Sequence record: SRR22947727_2929
DNA length: 44,087 nt
Direction: 5' to 3' (one strand)
Positions 8,511 to 18,005 of the stretch are shown in pieces (positions within the stretch are counted from its first letter, which is position 1; each line of letters opens with the position of its first letter). The notes under the pieces are model-generated. The model worked only from the letters and a program-made list of their open reading frames with translations, was not told the DNA's origin and did no database searches. Position numbers and translations under genes: made by a program.

Positions 8511-9941
8511 CTAATTTAGCTTGTTGATTTCGGCTTCAAGCGCCTTGGCCGGCCCTGAATCTGGCGTCATCAGTTTCAGCAATGCCGTCCATGCAATCCG
8601 CGCGGTTGCATTATCGCCGGCAAGGCGGGCAAGATGCCCCTCAAAAAACAACGTTTGCGGATTGTTTGGCGCAAGCTTCTTGGCGGCGGCAAGCGCTGCT
8701 GTGGCCCGTGTGATATCGGCAGATGTGGTTCCAGACGCAAGGATCAATTCAAGAAAGCTCAGCTGGACGTCAAGATCATCAGGCGCTGATCGGGCTGCAT
8801 TGGCAAGCGCTTCAAGTGCCTTTTCATTCTGGCCAAGAACATCATAGGCGCGGGCAAGCCGAACCCAGCCATCGGTATCATCAGGCGTTTCAACAAGCCG
8901 GTCTTCAAGCCGTTTTACCATGCTGGCAACCATCTCATCGCGCTCAGCTTCGGTCATATTGGCAGCATCGGCCATCGCTTGGGCATCGGGTCCGGCCGGT
9001 GCGGCGGCGGTGGCTTGTTCTGGCGGTAATGTGATATTGCCAGCCTCGGCGGCACGTTGCATATTTTCACGAACAAGCGTCACCCATGGTGCATCAGGGT
9101 TTGAGACGGCTAGCAATGCCTGCCACTGGCCAATGGCAATGGCATAATCACCATCTTGGAATGCCGCTAAACCGGCAAGGAACAGCGCCCGCGGTTCGGC
9201 TGGATCAGCCTTAAGAACGGTTTTGATCAAAGCGCGGGCAGGGATTGTAACCTGTCCATCGGCGGCGCGGCTAAATGCTTCGGCAAGCATCGAGGTGATG
9301 GCAATATCACCTTTGGTGATGTCGATGGCGGTTCGAAGTGCGCGGATTTCGGTTTCATTATCATTTACATTCGCCGCTGCTTGAGCCAATAAAAGCCATG
9401 CCTCAACATCATTTGGTGATGCTTCGGTTGCCTTGATTGCATCACGAAGCGCGGTTGCTGCGGCGTTCTGGTTTTGACTTGCACCTGCCTTGGCAGCGGT
9501 GATTTCCGCGCTACGGCTGGCAAAAGGGCGGTCGGGGCTTTGTGGGTTGCCAATGCCAAGATAAATCACCAATGACAATGCCGGAACCAGCAGGCTAATC
9601 GAAATATTGCGCGGCGTTAAAATTGACGTTCCAGTTTGCCCAAGCCGGTCCATCTCGGTGCTGAGCCCAAGCAGCCGCCGGTCAATGTCATGGCAGGCGT
9701 TTGCATATTCGTCGGCGCTGATGCTGCCATTGGCGTGATCGGCATCGCAACGTTGGCGTTCAGCCTGCAAAAGATCAATTTTGCTGAACAACGCGGCGGT
9801 TTGTATGTCGGTCGATTGATGTGGGCGGCCACGGCTGATAATCCACAGCAACAGCCCGGTTAAACCAAGCCCGATGACAATCGCACCGATAATCACCGGC
9901 AGGCTGGCAAGTGACAGATTATTCAAAATTTGCGTGGTCAT
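8511..9941 (-). CDS. ccmI: Cytochrome c biogenesis TPR protein CcmI/CycH
   Basis: N-terminal TM helices, YLGIGNP, TPR-like repeats, MVKRLEDRL..PDD.DGW.RLARAY. Downstream of ccmH. Confidence 0.88.
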   Translation of the reverse strand: MTTQILNNLSLASLPVIIGAIVIGLGLTGLLLWIISRGRPHQSTDIQTAALFSKIDLLQAERQRCDADHANGSISADEYANACHDIDRRLLGLSTEMDRLGQTGTSILTPRNISISLLVPALSLVIYLGIGNPQSPDRPFASRSAEITAAKAGASQNQNAAATALRDAIKATEASPNDVEAWLLLAQAAANVNDNETEIRALRTAIDITKGDIAITSMLAEAFSRAADGQVTIPARALIKTVLKADPAEPRALFLAGLAAFQDGDYAIAIGQWQALLAVSNPDAPWVTLVRENMQRAAEAGNITLPPEQATAAAPAGPDAQAMADAANMTEAERDEMVASMVKRLEDRLVETPDDTDGWVRLARAYDVLGQNEKALEALANAARSAPDDLDVQLSFLELILASGTTSADITRATAALAAAKKLAPNNPQTLFFEGHLARLAGDNATARIAWTALLKLMTPDSGPAKALEAEINKLN

Positions 9942-10468
9942 GTTTTTGGCCTGTTTTCACTGTCGCGGCTTGCCAGCATTTTTTCGATACGCGCGCGTTC
10001 GCCAGCGTCCAATTCATTGGCAATGGCGGCACTGCGCTGACGACGTGCCATCATCACAATCAGCCCACCAAGAATGATAAATCCAAGCGGGGAAAGCCAT
10101 AAAAACAATGTCGCCCGATCAAGCGGCGGGTTAAGCAGCACATAATCCCCATATTTTGCGCGAAGCTGGTCAATGATTGCGTCATCGCTGGTACCGGCGG
10201 CAATCTGGCTTCGAACTTCACGGCGAAGATCGCGGGCAAGATCGGCATCGCTGTCATCAATTGATTGATTTTGACAAACAAGACAGCGCAATTGTTTTGA
10301 TAGATTGCGCGCGCGTTCTTCAAGAACCGGATTGGCCAGCATTTCTTCGGCGGTAATGGCGCGAGCTGGTGTGATTGTGGCGCTGATAAACACAAGGCCA
10401 ATGGCCATATTCAAAAGGACAATCCCGATGAGGATACGCGTTCGCCATAATCCCGTTGCCATCATCAT
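9938..10468 (-). CDS. ccmH: Cytochrome c biogenesis protein CcmH/CycL
   Basis: LRCLVCQNQSIDDSDA, YGDYVLLNPP. Confidence 0.95.
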   Translation of the reverse strand: MMMATGLWRTRILIGIVLLNMAIGLVFISATITPARAITAEEMLANPVLEERARNLSKQLRCLVCQNQSIDDSDADLARDLRREVRSQIAAGTSDDAIIDQLRAKYGDYVLLNPPLDRATLFLWLSPLGFIILGGLIVMMARRQRSAAIANELDAGERARIEKMLASRDSENRPKT

Positions 10469-11025
10469 GATCCAAGCGCCTCTAATGCCGGAAAAATCGT
10501 GGTTTCAAGAACACCGCGGGTCAGTGGCCCTGCATGACGCAGCTTTACCACGCCATTCGCATCAAGAAGATAGGTTTCCGGCACGCCATAAACGCCCCAT
10601 TTAATGCCGGTTCGGCCATCAGCATCCATGCCAATCGCCTGAAATGGATTACCATATTGCCGTAGAAAGGCGTTTGTGTCTTCACCGCGATCTTTATAGG
10701 CAATGCCAAGGATGGCAACGCGTTTTGACAGCATTTCCAGCGCGGGTGCTTCGGCGCGGCAAGGCGCACACCATGATGCAAAGAAATTCACCAAAACTGG
10801 TTTGCCCTGAAACATGGTCACTGACACGTTATTGCCGGTTGCTGATCCGGTTTGCACAAGCCGCGGTAAACTGGTTTGCGGTGCCGGTTTATCAACAAAC
10901 ACTGATGGCAATTGGGTTGGGTCACGACTGCCCGATAAAGTGCCGTAAAGCGCCATCCCGCCAACCAAGGCCAGAATGCCAAATGCCACAAGCGGCAACA
11001 GGAATGACAGGCGCAGCTGGCTCAT
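10465..11025 (-). CDS. ccmG: Thiol:disulfide interchange protein CcmG/DsbE
   Basis: NFFASWCAPCRAE, WGVYGVPETY. Confidence 0.95.
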   Translation of the reverse strand: MSQLRLSFLLPLVAFGILALVGGMALYGTLSGSRDPTQLPSVFVDKPAPQTSLPRLVQTGSATGNNVSVTMFQGKPVLVNFFASWCAPCRAEAPALEMLSKRVAILGIAYKDRGEDTNAFLRQYGNPFQAIGMDADGRTGIKWGVYGVPETYLLDANGVVKLRHAGPLTRGVLETTIFPALEALGS

Positions 11026-13019
11026 CAGGCACCACCTTCGGGCGTGGATAGGGCGCTTGCTGCATTTTGCTGCGGGCTTGCCTGTTTGGTTGCGGCGCGT
11101 TGACGTCCGAATGCGGCAATCAACCCACCAAGTGCCATGATCACCGCCCCGCCCCAGATCCAGCTGACAAGTGGCTTGTAATAGAGGCGCAATGTATAGC
11201 CGATTTTACTGTCACCATCGCCAAGAACGGTATAATCATCACCGCGCAAGGTTGGCCGGATAGCCGCCTCGGTTGTGGTCTGGCGTTCAGCGTTATAGAC
11301 GCGTTTTTCAGGGGTCAGAAGGGCGAAAAATCGGCCATCTTCATCGCGATATTCGAGCTGCGCGGCAAGCGCTTGGTAATTTGGCCCTTCGACCTGCTTT
11401 ACCCCGGTAAAGGTTACATTGCGGTCGGCAATCTGGATAACATCACCCGGTTTTGCCCGCACCACCTGTTCGCTGTTGAAAAGATTATCGCCAACGGCAC
11501 CAAGCATGAAAATCACAACGCCGAAATGCGCCACCCACATGCCAATCACATCATTCGGGATGCGCTTTGCGCGTGCGCCGATGCCGGCTGTGCCAATTGG
11601 TTTTAGCTGCTGCCAGATATCGGCGCCAATGCCCGTGCCAAGCCATCCGATTAGCCCCAACGCTGCCAAAGGCCCAATGCCAAACCCAAAGGCAAAGCTT
11701 GACCCCGCCAACGCAACAATGCCTGCACCAACCGCAGTGCAGATCAGCACTGGCCGCAACCGCGCTGTTTGACCCCGCCGCCATGCCATGACCGGCCCGA
11801 TTGCCATAAAGACCATCAAAAGCGCCATGACCGGATTGAAAGTAGCATCAAAATAGGGCGGGCCAACGGTAATGCGCGCACCAGTCACCATTTCAAGCCC
11901 AAGCGGATAGAAGGTACCAAGAAGCACAATCGCCGTTGCCACAACAAGAAGCATATTATTGGCAATCAACCCGCCTTCGCGGCTTGTCAGGGTGAAATCG
12001 GCAGTCGTGACCAATTGCGGGCCACGCCATGCGTAGAGTGCTAAAGGAATGCCAACGGCAAAAAGCAAAATGGCGAGCACGAAAACGCCGCGCGCCGGAT
12101 CAGAAGCAAAGCTGTGAACCGAGGTCAATAAGCCTGATCGCACAATGAAGGTGCCGACAAGCGATAGCGAAAAGGCCATGATGGCAAGGAGCACGGTCCA
12201 GCTTTTTAACTGGCCACGTTTTTCAACAACAATTGCCGAATGCAGCAAGGCAGTCGCAGCAAGCCACGGCATCAATGATGCGTTTTCAACCGGATCCCAA
12301 AACCACCAGCCGCCCCAGCCAAGTTCATAATAGGCCCACCAGCTGCCAAGCGCGATGCCGCAGGTCAGCGCACACCATGCCGCCATAATCCACGGGCGCA
12401 TCCATTTTGCCCATAGACGATCAACCTCGCCGGTAATCAACGCCGCAACGGCAAAGGCAAACGCCATCGACAGGCCAACATAGCCAAGATATAGCATTGG
12501 CGGGTGAATGGCCAAACCCGGATCTTGCAAAATCGGGTTCAGCCCTTTGCCATCAAGCGGTATATTGGCAAGCCGCAGAAACGGATTTGAGGTGAATAGG
12601 CTAAAGGCCAAAAAGCCGGTCGTGACCATGCCTTGAACCGCCAGAATTCTTGCTTTTAATGCCATTGGCATGGCGCTGCCGCCAAGCGCCAGCACCCCGC
12701 CATAAATGGCAAGGATCAAAATCCATAGTAGCAAAGAGCCTTCATGATTGCCCCATGTACCGGAAATCTTATAGATCATCGGTTTGGTCGAATGTGAATG
12801 ATTGGCAACAAGTGCAAGCGAGAAATCCGACGTGATAAAGCCCCAGACGAGCGCGCCAAACGAAAAGGCCACGGCAAGCGCAACGCTGATCGCTGCTGCC
12901 GGCGCAATCAGCATCATGGCGCTATTGCCACGTGCAGCCCCAAAAAGCGGCAAAACACCTTGTACAAGGCTCAGAATAAACGCGGTGATAAGGGCAAAAT
13001 GTCCAAGTTCGGCAATCAT
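11025..13019 (-). CDS. ccmF: Heme lyase CcmF
   Basis: MIAELGH, WGNHEGS, HPPMLYLGY, WAYYELGWGGWWFWDPVEN, SVHSF. Confidence 0.97.
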   Translation of the reverse strand: MIAELGHFALITAFILSLVQGVLPLFGAARGNSAMMLIAPAAAISVALAVAFSFGALVWGFITSDFSLALVANHSHSTKPMIYKISGTWGNHEGSLLLWILILAIYGGVLALGGSAMPMALKARILAVQGMVTTGFLAFSLFTSNPFLRLANIPLDGKGLNPILQDPGLAIHPPMLYLGYVGLSMAFAFAVAALITGEVDRLWAKWMRPWIMAAWCALTCGIALGSWWAYYELGWGGWWFWDPVENASLMPWLAATALLHSAIVVEKRGQLKSWTVLLAIMAFSLSLVGTFIVRSGLLTSVHSFASDPARGVFVLAILLFAVGIPLALYAWRGPQLVTTADFTLTSREGGLIANNMLLVVATAIVLLGTFYPLGLEMVTGARITVGPPYFDATFNPVMALLMVFMAIGPVMAWRRGQTARLRPVLICTAVGAGIVALAGSSFAFGFGIGPLAALGLIGWLGTGIGADIWQQLKPIGTAGIGARAKRIPNDVIGMWVAHFGVVIFMLGAVGDNLFNSEQVVRAKPGDVIQIADRNVTFTGVKQVEGPNYQALAAQLEYRDEDGRFFALLTPEKRVYNAERQTTTEAAIRPTLRGDDYTVLGDGDSKIGYTLRLYYKPLVSWIWGGAVIMALGGLIAAFGRQRAATKQASPQQNAASALSTPEGGA

Positions 13020-13200
13020 GACATCAAACAGCTTTCGGTTAAAAGATAACGCGCATCCGAACGATTAAATCTAACGGCGGACTCTATCATAAGATTGCGT
13101 TGGGTAAAATGCTGGCAGCCATGAAGCCGACCGGCAAGACGATATGTCGCACACCGGCTGCATGGCGGCTGCATGGCGGCGAGGGCTTTTGTTTGGCAGG

Positions 13201-14136
13201 TTAGCCTTGCCCATAAAACAACCAATATAAAAAGACTGGCACGGTGGTGCTGGCAAAAACCGTGCTGACCAGAATGGCCGATGCGGTGCGCCCAGTATAG
13301 GCACCATAATGATTGGCAAGCATGAAAACATTCGCGGCAACCGGCAGGCAGCTTGATAAAATTGCAACCTTGATCCAAAGCGGGTCCTGACCCGGTATCG
13401 CCAAAAAGAAAAAGGCGACCAGAAGTGGGTGAACAATCAGCTTTAACAGGGAAATGGCGGTCACTTCGCCCGCCGCCGCCCGCACCGGCTGGCCAAATAG
13501 CGTGGCACCAAGCGCAAAAAGGGCAACAGGTGCTGCGGCACCGGCTAAAAGACTGCCAAATTGCTGGGGAATCTTTGGCAAGGCCAGACCCGATGCGGAA
13601 AATAACAGCCCCGCCATAACCGCCAGCACCAGCGGGTTGCTGACCATTGTAACGGCAATCCGTTTCACCGACTCGGTAACGCCACCATCATTGCCAGCCA
13701 CAAAACAAGAGGTAAGCGCCAAAAGCACGATGGTATCGGCAAATAAGATCAATGCCATTGGCAAGGCGGCGGCATCACCAAAGGCAAGAATGGCAAGCGG
13801 AATGCCCATATAGCCATAATTCGGATAGGCCACATTCAACCCGAAAATACCGCTTTCCAGACGTTTAAGACGAAATAGCCAATAGCCGATCGCAGCGGCG
13901 GTCAGATACATGATGATCGTGCCGCTTTCATAGCGCCAGACAAACCCCCAGTTCAGAATGCTTGACGGCTCGCTTGCTGACACTTTCAAAAACATATAGG
14001 GCGGTAGCGTGACATAAAATGCGAATCTGGACATTGTGCGCGCGCCAGCCACGTCGATAAACCCGATTGCATGCGCGCCAAACCCAAGAAAGATCAGCGC
14101 AAAGAACGGAATCGAAATATTTAGGACGTCAATCAT
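13201..14136 (-). CDS. AEC (auxin efflux carrier) family transporter
   Basis: About 10 TM segments; FYVTLP, NYGYMGIP, KLIVHP, LPVAANVF. Confidence 0.88.
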   Translation of the reverse strand: MIDVLNISIPFFALIFLGFGAHAIGFIDVAGARTMSRFAFYVTLPPYMFLKVSASEPSSILNWGFVWRYESGTIIMYLTAAAIGYWLFRLKRLESGIFGLNVAYPNYGYMGIPLAILAFGDAAALPMALILFADTIVLLALTSCFVAGNDGGVTESVKRIAVTMVSNPLVLAVMAGLLFSASGLALPKIPQQFGSLLAGAAAPVALFALGATLFGQPVRAAAGEVTAISLLKLIVHPLLVAFFFLAIPGQDPLWIKVAILSSCLPVAANVFMLANHYGAYTGRTASAILVSTVFASTTVPVFLYWLFYGQG

Positions 14137-14265
14137 GGGATCAATTTTCGTTATGGCGGTTTTGGTGTCTATAGCATGGCGGGTGCGGTTGCGGCTATGG
14201 GTTAGCAGCTTTACCGTCGATATTATTTGGGTGATATTAAATGCCGGTGCCGTGATCGGTAGTGA

Positions 14266-15264
14266 TCAGCGCAGCTGATGATAGGCTTGCAGGCCGCTAT
14301 CAAAGGCCTGTTCAACCCGCGGGCCGCCAAGCCAATCGCCGGCAATCGCCAATTTCCCGTCATGGCTAAGGCGCGGCGCAGCACTTGGCGCGGCTGTTGT
14401 GACTTTGGCATAAAGCCAACGATGCGCTGCCGAAGTGATAATTTTGCCAAGCGGCTTGCCGCTTAGATTTTGCCAGATTTGACACAGGCTTTTGATTACC
14501 ATTTGCGGGTCATCTTGCAGATGCTGCTGGCTCCATGCGCCAGTTGCCTGAATGGTAAGGGCGGGCGCGTCAAGGCTGGATTGTTGGTTTGATCGGGTGA
14601 ATTCGGGCACGCCAAGCGCGATGCCAGCCGCCTCGTCACGCAATGGTAAGGTGCCAAGACCATGATCACCCTCAAGCCCAAGCATGATTGTCCAGCAAGG
14701 ATCATATCTGGCAAGGCCAGCGGTGGCAGCAAGTTCTGGATAGATATCGGCCAAAAGCTTGGCGGTTTGTGCTGCTGGCGCGGTAATGATCGCCTGACGG
14801 CCAGTGGCCACCAGACCATCCTTGTCAAAAAAACCAATATGGCCGCCATGATGGGCAATTTGGGTAATTTCGGTTTGTTGGCGGATCATCAATCCGGTTG
14901 CCATGAATTGCGGCAAATCACGCATTGACGGGGTGCCGATCTGAACGATCTTATCATCACTGATTTGCCAGTCTTTGATGTTTCCAGCTGCTTTTGCCTT
15001 GGCCAAAAGGCTGGCAAATTCGGTGCCCTTTGCTGTTACAAATTGGGCACCATGATTGAAAGCAAAGCCATCTTGCCGCCGTGTGGATACCCGCCCGCCA
15101 AGCCGTCGTCCCTTGTCGATTAGCAAAACCCTTTTGCCGTCATCTTCGGCCAATCGAGCCGCAGCAAGTCCGGCAATGCCGCTACCAAGAACAAGAAGGT
15201 CAAACAAGGCCGGATCGGCTGCGGCTTTGGTTGGAGAAGATGCTGGATTTTGCGATGAGGTCAC
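14266..15264 (-). CDS. Renalase-like NAD(P)/FAD-dependent oxidoreductase
   Basis: GSGIAG, DKGRRLGGRVSTRR, HGAQF, HRWLYA, GDWLGGPRVEQAFDSG. Start uncertain (GTG 15264; ORF extends to 15300). Confidence 0.85.
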   Translation of the reverse strand: MTSSQNPASSPTKAAADPALFDLLVLGSGIAGLAAARLAEDDGKRVLLIDKGRRLGGRVSTRRQDGFAFNHGAQFVTAKGTEFASLLAKAKAAGNIKDWQISDDKIVQIGTPSMRDLPQFMATGLMIRQQTEITQIAHHGGHIGFFDKDGLVATGRQAIITAPAAQTAKLLADIYPELAATAGLARYDPCWTIMLGLEGDHGLGTLPLRDEAAGIALGVPEFTRSNQQSSLDAPALTIQATGAWSQQHLQDDPQMVIKSLCQIWQNLSGKPLGKIITSAAHRWLYAKVTTAAPSAAPRLSHDGKLAIAGDWLGGPRVEQAFDSGLQAYHQLR

Positions 15265-15401
15265 GGCAGATATACCTAAAATCAAATAACTTAACAGCAC
15301 CCGCCAACTGGGCTAGCTTTGCCCATAGACAAAGTAATTTAGATGGCAGTTGCAAAAGGACTTTTAATGCTCGGTGATACCATAGATTTTTGCGGTCTCA
15401 T

Positions 15402-16358
15402 ATGAAAAGCCGAATTGCGGACTCATCAGGCTTTTCCGCCTTTCTGGGGATCGATTGGTCAGGCGCCAAAGCAAAAACCCATGCCGGATTGCAGCTTGCG
15501 CATGCCATGCCTGGAACGGGGGTGCCATTGCGGGTGTCGCCACCCTTGTCAAAATATTGGTCACGCCAGCAGGTTTTTGATTATCTTGTTGAAATAGCTG
15601 AAAATGCCAAAGGAGAAGAGCCAGTTTTGGTGGGAATTGATTTCGCCTTTTCCCATCCGTTTGCCGATAAGCACAGCTATTTTCCGGAAACTGATTTGTC
15701 ACCTGCCGATGTTGTTTCGCTGTGGGCCATGGTTGATCAGGTGAATGATGGCCAGCCCGATCTTTATGGTGGGGCAGTGTTTCGGCATGCGATATGGGGC
15801 GAGTACTATTTAGCGCCGCCACATTATCAGGCGCGGCATTATGCCAGCCGCCGCCGGGTTACTGAAATTGTGGCGCGGGTGGCGGGACGAAGCCCATCAC
15901 CAACCTTCAAGGCGGTTGGGGCTGATAATGTATCAACAGGTTCACTTGCCGGAATGCGGTTGCTTCACCAATTAAAACAGCAATTGGGGGCGCGGCTTTC
16001 AGTTTGGCCTTTTGACGCCATTATTGCGGGGCAGACCAATCTGGTTTTGGTGGAAATTTTCCCCAGCTTTTATTTTTACCGGCTTGGCATGGTGCCAGCA
16101 AAAAAGGCTGCTGCCGATCCGGCCTTTCTAAATCAGGCGCTTGCCGGTTATGGCAGTGATGGCGTACCAGCCGATTTTCGGGCGATGGGGCATGATGCTG
16201 ATGAAGCCGATGCCATCATCGCAGCGGCGGCTTTGCGGCATTTTAGCACGGCATCAAGCTTTCGCCTTTCGGCTGATATCAAATGCGCGGCGCAGCAAGA
16301 GGGCTGGATATATGGCGTTCCCTTCACATTGCCGGATGATTTTTTGGACATGCTGTAA
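15402..16358 (+). CDS. Hypothetical protein, DUF429-like predicted RNase H-fold nuclease
   Basis: GIDWSG, VLVGIDFAFSHP, LVEIFP and DEADA acidic motifs. Confidence 0.6.
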   Translation: MKSRIADSSGFSAFLGIDWSGAKAKTHAGLQLAHAMPGTGVPLRVSPPLSKYWSRQQVFDYLVEIAENAKGEEPVLVGIDFAFSHPFADKHSYFPETDLSPADVVSLWAMVDQVNDGQPDLYGGAVFRHAIWGEYYLAPPHYQARHYASRRRVTEIVARVAGRSPSPTFKAVGADNVSTGSLAGMRLLHQLKQQLGARLSVWPFDAIIAGQTNLVLVEIFPSFYFYRLGMVPAKKAAADPAFLNQALAGYGSDGVPADFRAMGHDADEADAIIAAAALRHFSTASSFRLSADIKCAAQQEGWIYGVPFTLPDDFLDML

Positions 16359-16398
16359 ATTGGCAAAGCCGTTTTTGCCTAAGATGGTTTTTGCTTAA

Positions 16399-16427
16399 TT
16401 GCAATCAACCGATCCGGGGTCTATATT
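16399..16427 (+). promoter_or_regulatory. Sigma70-type promoter TTGCAA-N17-TATATT
   Basis: Good -35/-10 hexamers with 17-nt spacing, ~50 nt upstream of ATG 16476. Confidence 0.55.
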
Positions 16428-16475
16428 CAGGCTATAAATCGGCCGGTTTGACGCTGTGCCTATCAGGAGAATATC

Positions 16476-17618
16476 ATGTCATCATTGCTTCCCCACATTG
16501 ATCCGGATGGATTGCTTGAATATTCGGTGGTGTTTACTGACCGGTCGCTTAATTCAATGTCAAAGTCGTTTCAGGGCGTGATGAATGACATTTCGGCCGC
16601 GCTGAAGACGGCCTATAATGCTGATGCGGTGGTGGTGATTCCGGGTGGCGGTACCTATGGAATGGAATCGATTGCCCGCCAATTTGCCGGTGATCAACAT
16701 GTGATGGTTATCCGCAATGGCTGGTTTAGCTTTCGGTGGTCGGAGATCCTTGAAAAGGGCAAAATTGCTGCCAGTACAAAAGTGCTAAGCGCGCGTCGTC
16801 AGGCAGGTGCTTCGGGCAGTAATCAGCAAGAGCCTTTCGCGCCAGTGCCAATTGATGAAGTTACGTCCCGCATTGCGGCCGACAAGCCTGCGGTTGTGTT
16901 TGCGCCGCATGTCGAAACGTCAGCAGGGATGATTCTTCCCGATGATTATATCAAACAGGTGGCGGCAGCGGTTCATGTCGTTGGCGGTTTGTTCGTTCTT
17001 GATTGCGTTGCATCAGGCACGCTTTGGGTTGATATGAAGGCGCTTGGAGTCGATGTATTGCTGAGCGCGCCGCAAAAGGGCTGGAGCGCATCACCTTGCA
17101 GCGGGCTTGTGATGCTGTCGGCAGCGGCGGTGGCACGCGTTGGCGAAACCGAATCCAATAGTTATGTTTGCGATGTGAAAAAATGGCATGGCATCATGCA
17201 GGCTTATGAAAATGGCGGCCATGCCTATCATGCGACCATGCCAACCGATGCGTTGGCTGTTTTCCGTGATACGCTGATTGAAACACAGGAATATGGCTTT
17301 GAAAAAGTGCGTGACGAGCAAATCGCGCTTGGCGCGGCCATCCGAAAATTGCTGGAAAGCCGCGGTTTCCGGTCAGTTGCGGCCGAAGGCTTTCAAGCAC
17401 CAAGTGTGGTGGTTAGCTTTACCGATGATGATCTAATCAAGAATGGCAGTAAATTTGCTGCCGCCGGTGTTCAAATTGCCGCTGGTGTTCCGCTGGAATG
17501 CGGTGAGGGGCCAGATTATAAAAGCTTTCGTATTGGCCTGTTTGGGCTTGATAAGCTTCATCACATTGATCGTACTGTGCGCAATTTCGAAGCGGCGCTT
17601 GATCAGGTTATGGCTTAA
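16476..17618 (+). CDS. Class V PLP aminotransferase (alanine/serine-glyoxylate aminotransferase-like)
   Basis: LLEYSVVFTDRS, PHVETSAG, LDCVASG, SAPQKGW (PLP Lys), FRIGLFG. AGGAG SD. Confidence 0.9.
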   Translation: MSSLLPHIDPDGLLEYSVVFTDRSLNSMSKSFQGVMNDISAALKTAYNADAVVVIPGGGTYGMESIARQFAGDQHVMVIRNGWFSFRWSEILEKGKIAASTKVLSARRQAGASGSNQQEPFAPVPIDEVTSRIAADKPAVVFAPHVETSAGMILPDDYIKQVAAAVHVVGGLFVLDCVASGTLWVDMKALGVDVLLSAPQKGWSASPCSGLVMLSAAAVARVGETESNSYVCDVKKWHGIMQAYENGGHAYHATMPTDALAVFRDTLIETQEYGFEKVRDEQIALGAAIRKLLESRGFRSVAAEGFQAPSVVVSFTDDDLIKNGSKFAAAGVQIAAGVPLECGEGPDYKSFRIGLFGLDKLHHIDRTVRNFEAALDQVMA

Positions 17619-17853
17619 GACAAAGCGCCTGTTTGGCCTTTCGGGTCAGCCTTTTGATGGTAATTTCACGTTTGCTGGCGGCTGATCGGCTGGCGGCATC
17701 TTCGCGGTAGACCAGCCGTACCGGTCGCCGCGCCGCCGTATATTTGGCGCCAGTTCCAGCATTATGTGATTCAATTCGTTTTTGCAGATCATTAGTGATG
17801 CCGGTATAAAGACTGCCGTCACGGCATTCGACAATGTAAACAAGCCAGTCCAT
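17608..17853 (-). CDS. GIY-YIG nuclease family protein (YhbQ-like)
   Basis: VYIVECRDGSLYTGITNDL, GAKYT, A.KRE..IK. Overlaps the aminotransferase 3' end by 11 nt. Confidence 0.9.
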   Translation of the reverse strand: MDWLVYIVECRDGSLYTGITNDLQKRIESHNAGTGAKYTAARRPVRLVYREDAASRSAASKREITIKRLTRKAKQALCLKP

Positions 17854-18005
17854 AAACGTATTACCCATCACATGGTTTTGCGATAGCATAGCGGACAGGG
17901 CGATATTTACCAGCATGCTAGCGTGGCTGGCGCGATAAGCGGTACAACGGATGCACCGAACAGGGTTTTGGGGATTTTGGGTTTGAGAATGGTTCGGGCA
18001 AAGCG

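Noticed and set aside
17608-17853. GIY-YIG protein as a homing endonuclease or defence nuclease
   Set aside because: An 81-aa stand-alone YhbQ-type protein, common in bacteria; no intron or defence partners nearby.
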